A program made the translations under genes and the position numbers. Positions 35,929 to 42,241 of a stretch of 42,241 nt of DNA are shown here, piece by piece; position 1 is the stretch's first letter, and the number at the start of each line of letters is the position of its first letter. Origin of the DNA: a virus (lineage: Duplodnaviria; Caudoviricetes); IMG/VR virus record IMGVR_UViG_3300037462_000310, positions 1-42,241 of that record; one strand, 5' to 3'. The notes beneath the pieces were generated by a model. It saw only the letters and a program-made list of their open reading frames with translations, was not told the DNA's origin and ran no database searches.

Positions 35929-38067
35929 TCATCCGAAAATCGCGTCCCCGAAGTCGTCCCAGATCAGGCGCTCTGACCGGTATTCCGAGGTATTCTGGAA
36001 GACCGAGAGCCAGCGCTCCTGGTCCCGCGTGACGGGTTCTCCCGCCTCCAGTTTCCGTTCGATGTCCAAGGCCCGCTTGAAGCGGTCCCGGGCTGTTTCC
36101 TCGGCAGCGGGGGCAGGCTTGCCCGCTCGCGCGGCGTCGAGATTGGCGACCACACCAGCCTGGATGCGCTCGAATGTGCTTTGGTCGATGGGTGGTGACC
36201 CGCTCGGCCGAGCTGCGGCCTCCGGGACCGGCTTGCCGAACTGGGCGCGGACAACCTTCGCTTCTGGCTTTGGCGCTGGCGCGGTCGACATGGCGTCGAT
36301 GGTCATCCCCAGCTGCATGGCAGTCAGGGTGCGATGCGCTTCCACCTCGGCCTTCTGTGCCTTCAGCCAGGCCGACCGGGCCCTGGCGTGGATGCGCGCT
36401 TCGTCCATGTCGAAGAAGCCGACCTTCTGGCGGCATTCGGCATGGCCGAGATAGGCCCCATCCTGAGCATAGACGTGGACGCCAGACCACAGATCGGCCG
36501 GGTCGAAGCGGATCACCACACGGTGCCCGGCAAACTCGGTCAGCCAAGGTTCCCAAAACTCGTTGCCCTGGAAGCGGATCATCCCGCTCTTGGCATCGGC
36601 GCGCAGGCCCTCGGCCCCCAGAAGCCACAACCGGCGCTGTGCTTCGGTGGCCTTGCGGATCGGCGCGGTGGCGTAGCTTTCGTCGAAGACCGCATTGAAC
36701 GACCGCCCAAAGGCCACTTCCGACCGGCGGTTCTCGCGGGCGTTGTGCTCTTCAATGCCCTCAGAGACGACCTTCAGGAACTCTTCCAGATCGACCGCGC
36801 GGCTGCCGTAATTCTCGGGCTTCGCCATGATGGTGTTACCGGTGTAGGCCCCTGCCAGGCGCGGGTCCTTGGCGATGGACTGGCACATGTCGCGGAAAGC
36901 GCGCTCGATGGGCTTGGATTGGCCGCTGTACGGCGTTGCCCAGTGGATGGTGCAGCCCAAAGCCGTGAAGAGGCCCGGGATGTCATCTTCCTTTACCTTG
37001 AAGCGAAAGCGGGTCGCGGCCCCGCCGGTGATGGCCTTCGCGGCGAATTCGCGCCCGTTGTCCAGCAGCACATGCTCCGGGATGCCCCAGGCTTCGATCA
37101 TGTCGCCCGCACACAGCATGACGGCGGTGGAGTTCGGGGTCTGGTCGATGCGCCAGGCCAGAATGCGGCCCGAGTAGATGTCCTGGAAGGCCACCATCTG
37201 GGGACGGGTGACCAGCCCCGGCTCGCCAGCCACCGAGGGCCAGCGGATGAAAACGTCGAACTTGTGGAAGTCGGCGTTGACCGCCTGAAGCGCCTGAAGG
37301 CAGGTCTTGTCGCGCACCTGGCTCGGGAACAGACGTTTGACCGCGTCCACCCCCTGCCGTGCCAGCACCTGCGTGACCCGGCTGACCTGCGCGTCCAGGT
37401 GCCGCCGCATGGTCCGCTCGGGTAGGATGTCCAGCCCCTTCTCCTTGGCCACCCGCGTGGCGCGGCGGTAGGCGTCGGTGAAGGGCGGGGCTTCCAGCCG
37501 CAGATAGTCGGACTTCAGGACCTCGAAGAACTCCGGGCTGCACTCCTTGGCGCGCGGCCGCTTCTCGGCCGCGCGGTTGCGCGGGGCCAGGTAGGCGAGC
37601 CGGTCATGCGCCGCGATGCCCTCGATCATCTGGAACCAGTCGCGGATTGTCCGAGCTCCAACGCCCTCCATTTTGGCAACTTGGTCGGTAGCCAGGAACC
37701 GCCCGATGGCAGGCTCCAGCGCCTCCACCTTCTGGATCACCAGAAGGCGCGCCTCGGCCTTGGATTTCACGGTCTGCGGCAGGGCTTCATACCAGGCCCA
37801 GACCTCGTCGCGGACCTTCGCGGCGGCGACCTTGGGCGCGACGGCCTGCTTGATCAGGGCGCGCTGCGCGGCGTTCGGGAAGAGCTTCCAGCTGTACTCC
37901 CAGCCCCCACCCTTGCCGGACCGGCGGCGGGCGAACTTCGTGGTTCCCCGCCAGTTCAGCCGGTCGGCCAGCGCATCGACGCCTTGCCGGGTCTTCGGCA
38001 GATCGGGCAGACCGCTTTCAGCGATTTGCGCGGGCGTCCACCATTCCTGGGCGGGGGTGAGGGTCAC
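35929..38067 (-). CDS. MuA-like DDE transposase
   Basis: N-terminal Mu HTH, NADFHKFD, LDNGREF, PYSGQSKPIERAF, C-terminal RFDP. Confidence 0.95.
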   Translation of the reverse strand: MTLTPAQEWWTPAQIAESGLPDLPKTRQGVDALADRLNWRGTTKFARRRSGKGGGWEYSWKLFPNAAQRALIKQAVAPKVAAAKVRDEVWAWYEALPQTVKSKAEARLLVIQKVEALEPAIGRFLATDQVAKMEGVGARTIRDWFQMIEGIAAHDRLAYLAPRNRAAEKRPRAKECSPEFFEVLKSDYLRLEAPPFTDAYRRATRVAKEKGLDILPERTMRRHLDAQVSRVTQVLARQGVDAVKRLFPSQVRDKTCLQALQAVNADFHKFDVFIRWPSVAGEPGLVTRPQMVAFQDIYSGRILAWRIDQTPNSTAVMLCAGDMIEAWGIPEHVLLDNGREFAAKAITGGAATRFRFKVKEDDIPGLFTALGCTIHWATPYSGQSKPIERAFRDMCQSIAKDPRLAGAYTGNTIMAKPENYGSRAVDLEEFLKVVSEGIEEHNARENRRSEVAFGRSFNAVFDESYATAPIRKATEAQRRLWLLGAEGLRADAKSGMIRFQGNEFWEPWLTEFAGHRVVIRFDPADLWSGVHVYAQDGAYLGHAECRQKVGFFDMDEARIHARARSAWLKAQKAEVEAHRTLTAMQLGMTIDAMSTAPAPKPEAKVVRAQFGKPVPEAAARPSGSPPIDQSTFERIQAGVVANLDAARAGKPAPAAEETARDRFKRALDIERKLEAGEPVTRDQERWLSVFQNTSEYRSERLIWDDFGDAIFG

Positions 38068-38948
38068 TTGTACCCCCCTGCTTCTGCGGCAGCTTCGACC
38101 TCGGAAACCTCCTCGCCGCACATCTCGAAAATCTCGTCGAAGTTTGCTCGGATGAACCGCCGCCGCGAGACAGCACCAGCACGGCCCCACGCCTTCGCCA
38201 GCGCGACGAACGCCTCTTCAACGGGGTCTTTCACGGGGGCTTCATCGCCTGCTTCTGACCGATGGGCGCGCCAGGCATCTGCGGCCGATTTTGCCCCGTT
38301 CGACAGCCGGATGCAGACCTGTGAGCGCTCCCGCTGGTCGCCGATCTTGGCCAGGGCCTGAAGGTCTGTCAGACGGATCGGGGCCGGAGACGCGCGGAGC
38401 CAGCGCAACTCGTCGCGCGACAGCGCCGTGCCGATCTCGATCATCCGGCGGACGTGGCGGTCTGACAGGCCGAACTTCTCGGCTGTCGTGGCGGCAAAGG
38501 ATCGAACGGACATTATGTCCATTTGATTCTGGAACTCGACGCTCTTCCGATCGCCGCCATGCTTGGTTTCCGGGTGCAGCCGCTCGTAGACGGCCTTGCG
38601 CTCGGCCAGGAAGACCGCCGTGTCCAATGGCCCCATCTCGGCCCCGGCCAGGTTGTCGTCGATCTCCATCAGCCGCGACCAGTCGTCGGTCACGTCCGTC
38701 CAGACCTTCGCCTCGATCTCGGTCCAGCCCAGCTGGCGGGCGGCTTCCAGGCGGTGGGCGCCTGCGATCAGGACCAGAGCCCCGCCCTTCTTGCGGCGGA
38801 CGTGGATCGCATCCTTCATCACGCCGGTCTCAAGGATCGAGGCCTTCAGGGCCTCGACCCCGGCCTCGCTCACTGGCCGCAGCCGGTTGCGGGCGTCGAT
38901 CTCGGCCACTGGCACAGGGCCGGCCATCTGCAAGGTGGGGGATTTCAT
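38064..38948 (-). CDS. ParB N-terminal domain protein with HTH
   Basis: NRLR, LIAGAHRLEAA, EIDDNL, GGDRKS; coupled to the transposase. Confidence 0.88.
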   Translation of the reverse strand: MKSPTLQMAGPVPVAEIDARNRLRPVSEAGVEALKASILETGVMKDAIHVRRKKGGALVLIAGAHRLEAARQLGWTEIEAKVWTDVTDDWSRLMEIDDNLAGAEMGPLDTAVFLAERKAVYERLHPETKHGGDRKSVEFQNQMDIMSVRSFAATTAEKFGLSDRHVRRMIEIGTALSRDELRWLRASPAPIRLTDLQALAKIGDQRERSQVCIRLSNGAKSAADAWRAHRSEAGDEAPVKDPVEEAFVALAKAWGRAGAVSRRRFIRANFDEIFEMCGEEVSEVEAAAEAGGYK

Positions 38949-39202
38949 GTCAGGTCTGGTGCCTTCGTCATGGTGTAGTAGAAGCGCCAGCCCTCGCCGT
39001 TCGGGGCTGCGCGCCGCTCGCAGGTGATCTCGGCACCGTGGGCCCGCAGCTCGGACACAAGGGCGTTGACTGCGATCACCCGGGCCTTCCGCACGATGTC
39101 GCGCGTGGTCCGGGGCTTGCCGTCCTCCAGCAGCTGCAGGACCCGACGCAGCCGGGGGCTGGTCAGCGGAGCCGCATGAATGCTGCCGGTGGCGCGGCTC
39201 AT
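38945..39202 (-). CDS. Small winged-helix protein
   Basis: RLRRVLQLLEDG...TTRDI...VSELRAHG. Confidence 0.75.
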   Translation of the reverse strand: MSRATGSIHAAPLTSPRLRRVLQLLEDGKPRTTRDIVRKARVIAVNALVSELRAHGAEITCERRAAPNGEGWRFYYTMTKAPDLT

Positions 39203-39525
39203 CTCGGCCGTCCGTTCCGCGGGGCAACCGCATGCGGGCTGTACTCGCCGCTGACGTGGCGACACGTGGCGCACAGGCGGTTGTGGATGCCTTCGCTGTC
39301 AAAGGGCTTCTGGCAGCAAAGGCAGGGGCGGATCATGCGCTTAGATGCGGCATCGGTCCTGGACTGGGCAGCATCAAGAGCGCCCTGCGCCCGTTCAGCG
39401 TGTCCGTAGAAGACAGCCTGACGATGTCCATTCGGGTCGATCAGACGCCAGCCTTTGTCCGGCACGAACTCCATGCTCCAGACCCCTGCTTTCGGTTTGG
39501 AGAAAAGGGCGTTGTCTGCTCCCAT
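39199..39525 (-). CDS. Zinc-ribbon protein
   Basis: RPCLCCQKPFDSEGIHNRLCATC. Confidence 0.75.
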   Translation of the reverse strand: MGADNALFSKPKAGVWSMEFVPDKGWRLIDPNGHRQAVFYGHAERAQGALDAAQSRTDAASKRMIRPCLCCQKPFDSEGIHNRLCATCRHVSGEYSPHAVAPRNGRPR

Positions 39526-39752
39526 CAGACTCGCTCCCTCTGTGCCAGGAGTGCCGTCATCCGGGTCAACATTTGGCGGTCATCCAGCGCCGACAGGTTG
39601 TCCATGATCTCGTCCAGAGCCCGGCCAAACCGCACCGCCGCTTCGTCCCGCAGCTGCTGGGTCTCGGCAGACCGAATGGCCTGACGGTCGATCCGGGCAA
39701 ATTGATGGGCGGCGACCAATCGGGTCCACTCGATGGGAACAGGGCTGCTCAT
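39525..39752 (-). CDS. Hypothetical protein (75 aa)
   Basis: Coupled overlaps. Confidence 0.62.
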   Translation of the reverse strand: MSSPVPIEWTRLVAAHQFARIDRQAIRSAETQQLRDEAAVRFGRALDEIMDNLSALDDRQMLTRMTALLAQRERV

Positions 39753-40033
39753 GCCGCGTCCCCCACAAACCCGGCGAGGCACTTCTGCAGCTCGCGCTGA
39801 TACCGGGCGAACCCGGGATCCAGGATGATCTCCAGCAGCTTGTCCTCGGCGTCCGTCAGCCGGGTCAGAGCCAGGTGCTCACCCGCCTCGGACAGAGCGT
39901 CGTCCTGAACGGCAATGTCCGCCGCGCGCAGCTCGTCGATGGCCGCAAGGATCGCGGCAATGCGGTCCCTTTCGACCGCCGCCTGTTTCTTGATGGCCGC
40001 GCTCATGTCGAAGGTCAGAAGTTCGCCGGGCAT
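39749..40033 (-). CDS. Hypothetical protein (94 aa)
   Basis: Coupled overlaps. Confidence 0.65.
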   Translation of the reverse strand: MPGELLTFDMSAAIKKQAAVERDRIAAILAAIDELRAADIAVQDDALSEAGEHLALTRLTDAEDKLLEIILDPGFARYQRELQKCLAGFVGDAA

Positions 40034-40164
40034 CAGCGCCCCCCATCGAAGAAGGTGCCGACGAACAGCACGAACGGGATCAGGCCGAACAGGAAGACGA
40101 CGCCAAGGACGTCGCCCAGCCAATGGTCATCCAACCGCCGACAGGCGGAGAGAAGCTTACGCAT
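40033..40164 (-). CDS. Small single-TM protein (43 aa)
   Basis: RBS GGAG; hydrophobic C-terminal half. Confidence 0.6.
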   Translation of the reverse strand: MRKLLSACRRLDDHWLGDVLGVVFLFGLIPFVLFVGTFFDGGR

Positions 40165-40208
40165 GGGGGTGCTCCAGGTTGAGGGATGGGTAAGGGTCGG
40201 ACCGTGCA

Positions 40209-40454
40209 TCACGCGGCCCTCTTCGATTTCGCCGGGCGCGAGATGTCCTTCGGCCAGGCAAGGTCTTCGGGCCAGTTGTCCGCGAACCACTGCATCGTCC
40301 TATCGGCCGTGCTTGTTCGGCAGTCTCCGCCGCCAATCAGCCGCTTGAAGAAGTCGCCTTTGCCGAAGATGCGGACCGAGATCGCCCAGTGGCTTCTCCC
40401 GAGGTGCTGGCAGAGCTGGCTTTGCAGAGTGAGTATGTTTGCTCGCTGATCCAT
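40209..40454 (-). CDS. Cro/Ner-like early regulator
   Basis: First gene divergent from the repressor; short HTH-like, WF..NWPEDLAWP. Confidence 0.75.
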   Translation of the reverse strand: MDQRANILTLQSQLCQHLGRSHWAISVRIFGKGDFFKRLIGGGDCRTSTADRTMQWFADNWPEDLAWPKDISRPAKSKRAA

Positions 40455-40460
40455 ACGCGC

Positions 40461-40532
40461 GAGTTAGCCACTACAGGCCACGCTTGTCAAGCCACTACAG
40501 GCCATACTTTCAAATTTAGCCATTACAGGCTA
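40461..40532. promoter_or_regulatory. Lysis/lysogeny switch: three operators and early promoter
   Basis: AGCCAyTACAGGCyA at 40466, 40490 and 40518; minus-strand TTGACA at 40485-40490. Confidence 0.85.
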
Positions 40533-40542
40533 GCCTGAGAAA

Positions 40543-41202
40543 ATGGACGCGATTCTGGATGTCATAGACGCCGCTCTCAAGCGGAAGGGCCTGACCGACG
40601 CGGCGGCTTCGAAGCTGGCCGTTGGGCACCCTTCGCTGCTCAAGAACCTGCGAATGCCGCGCGACGGTGAGAAGCGGTACAATCTACCGTCGCTGATGCG
40701 ACTGGCGGAGGTGCTGGATCTCGAGTTCTACTTCGGGCCAAAGCGGCCGACCGAGGCAACGCCCGGCATTGCGACCAACCACAGCCCAGATGATGACGCC
40801 CCTTCGGGCTTCCTCACAATTCCCTGGGCCGAAGTCAGGCCTGGCAGCGCCCCTGTGGCGTTTGCAAGAGCCTGGCTGGACAACCATGATCTCATTCCCG
40901 ACCACCTCCTCGCCGCCATGCCAGACATCGTCGAGCTCGAGGGCCCTATGGTTCAGGACACGCTCGCGCTCCTCGACACCAGGCATGCGCTTCGCAAGGG
41001 CCACGGGGTTTGGTGCCTGCGGTCCAGCGGCAAGATCAAGGTCGCCAACGTCACCTTCGCCGGTAGCGTCACCGTCGTTCACACGGCTCATTCCGCCGAC
41101 GAGCCCCAGGTGATCGACGGACCGCCCGGCGGCGCGCTCAGTATCCTGGGCAAGGTGGTCTGGCTAGGTCAGAGCATTCCCTTCAAAGGATCGGTTAAAT
41201 GA
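40543..41202 (+). CDS. CI-like prophage repressor (HTH + degenerate S24-like domain)
   Basis: Divergent from the early operon; N-terminal HTH; C-terminal ILGKVVW. Confidence 0.82.
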   Translation: MDAILDVIDAALKRKGLTDAAASKLAVGHPSLLKNLRMPRDGEKRYNLPSLMRLAEVLDLEFYFGPKRPTEATPGIATNHSPDDDAPSGFLTIPWAEVRPGSAPVAFARAWLDNHDLIPDHLLAAMPDIVELEGPMVQDTLALLDTRHALRKGHGVWCLRSSGKIKVANVTFAGSVTVVHTAHSADEPQVIDGPPGGALSILGKVVWLGQSIPFKGSVK

Positions 41203-41711
41203 GTGCAGCACCGCGAGCGCTTCTTAGCGCGATTTCCCTTCTGTTGTCGGGCCAGATGGCCGCCTCGGACGCGTTTTCAGACCTCGCGGACCGATGCCTG
41301 GCGGAAGTCGCAGCTGGCAACATATCCGCATTTGAAGAGACTGCGGAGGCGATCAAGAAGCGGAAGGACGTCTTCAATACTGATGCGCGTGAGAGGGCGG
41401 AAGACTGTCTTTCGAAGGGCTATGGCGAACCCTGGGAATACTGGTTTCCATCGTCGTCCTTCGAGCCCACAGCGGCCATTGCGGCAAGGATTAGGGCGGT
41501 CGAGGAAGCTGAGGCCGCCGAACGTGCTGCTGAGGCTCAGGCCGCAATAGAAGCGGCGAAAGCCGAGATCGAACGCAGCGCCAATGCCGCCAAGGTCGCC
41601 CAGCTCGTCTATGCTTCCTGCACGACCCTGCTGCGGGATGACCAGGTTGCCGCAATGACCAATCAGCTGTGCGTGGAAAGCTTCCTTTCGAACGGTCTAC
41701 CTTCACCTTAG
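41199..41711 (+). CDS. Putative exported protein co-transcribed with the repressor
   Basis: ATGA overlap with the repressor; signal-peptide-like N-terminus; four Cys. Confidence 0.7.
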   Translation: MSAAPRALLSAISLLLSGQMAASDAFSDLADRCLAEVAAGNISAFEETAEAIKKRKDVFNTDARERAEDCLSKGYGEPWEYWFPSSSFEPTAAIAARIRAVEEAEAAERAAEAQAAIEAAKAEIERSANAAKVAQLVYASCTTLLRDDQVAAMTNQLCVESFLSNGLPSP

Positions 41712-42073
41712 ATGCCCAATTCCGGTTGCATGTTGTTCGGTGGCTCACGAGGGGTCATGGCAAGGCGTCCTGCCACGTTTTCAATAGCTTACGTGAAACA
41801 TGCAACTGCGCGCCGCAACTCGCACCTTGATTTGCATGTTCCGAGGGCCGAGATGGCGGTCTTTTGGCCTCCAATGGGCACCCTAGTTACCCTTGAACCC
41901 TTATTTTACTGCGGTTTAAACGCCAGTCCTGCGCACCGTGCTTGCACGCTGACTACAGCGCGCATTCGGTGCCCAAGTCCTAAAATCAGCCATCTGTGCT
42001 GACAATGCCTTCGCGGTCCGCAATCGCCACCACCACACGGTAACGCCTTGTTCTTCCGGCGCTTTCTCGGCTG

Positions 42074-42128
42074 TTCCCACTTGATACCACCTTCTCCCGC
42101 TTGTGGCAGGATCAAGTGTCAACGCTCA
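42074..42128 (-). repeat. Phage end (Mu L-end equivalent) with terminal transposase site and an inverted partial copy
   Basis: Reverse complement TGAGCGTTGACACTTGATCCTGCCACAA; inverted copy TTCCCACTTGATACCACC at 42074-42091. Confidence 0.8.
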
Positions 42129-42133
42129 CCTGC
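42129..42133. repeat. Target-site duplication, right copy (CCTGC)
   Basis: Immediately follows CA at 42127-42128. Confidence 0.85.
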
Positions 42134-42241
42134 GTGATCTGCACAGGGATTCTGCAAGGTCTGACAGCCCCCTGGCCAGAAGGTCCACAGGGTCGGGGAC
42201 AAGCGTATTCCGACCTCAGGCCGAAGCGCCAGGCGCTAGCG

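Larger units (their letters stand above)
128..42128 (-). mobile_element. Complete Mu-like transposable prophage (siphovirus-type tail)
   Basis: TG...CA termini, flanking 5-bp direct repeat CCTGC, in-register end similarity, DDE transposase + AAA ATPase, Mu-type head genes in Mu order. Confidence 0.93.

Noticed and set aside
40466-40532. Three direct repeats as a mini-CRISPR
   Set aside because: Repeats of 15 bp with 9-13 bp gaps, located between divergent regulators; these are operators, and no cas genes are present
42041-42053. IHF-like site
   Set aside because: Two mismatches to WATCAANNNNTTR; too weak to call
157-42121. Alternative ends at TGACACT...AGTGTCA
   Set aside because: Good inverted match but the flanks (AGCTT vs ACGCT) are not duplicated; 128/42128 gives both a TSD and an in-register alignment
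41712-42122. Short ORFs at the right end
   Set aside because: No RBS or motifs; they overlap end-binding repeats

Overview
The window is almost entirely one apparently complete Mu-like transposable prophage of a high-GC alphaproteobacterium (Rhodobacteraceae-like; host inferred from gene content and composition only). It runs from TG at 128 to CA at 42128 (42,001 bp) and is flanked by a 5-bp target duplication, CCTGC (123-127 and 42129-42133). Nearly all genes are on the minus strand. From the right end the order is: repressor and operators, cro-like gene, ParB-like gene, MuA/MuB transposition genes, semi-essential early genes (DnaA-C domain, DUF3164, HU, ASCH, GemA, MT-A70 methylase, Mor/C-like activator), lysis genes, terminase, portal, MuF, protease/scaffold, gpT capsid, a non-contractile (sipho) tail, an accessory tail/fibre cassette, and a terminal Dam-like methylase. 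The most notable items are: (i) a MuF head protein fused to an R-S-E ADP-ribosyltransferase, followed by a candidate immunity gene; (ii) an Acb2-like cyclic-nucleotide sponge heading a cluster of small unknown genes inserted between terS and terL; (iii) several cis elements visible directly in the sequence (triple operator, a duplicated late-promoter palindrome, a central gyrase-site-like AT tract, structured intergenic RNAs). All product calls rest on motif recognition and synteny; no searches were run. Starts were adjusted by eye from RBS and stop/start overlaps.
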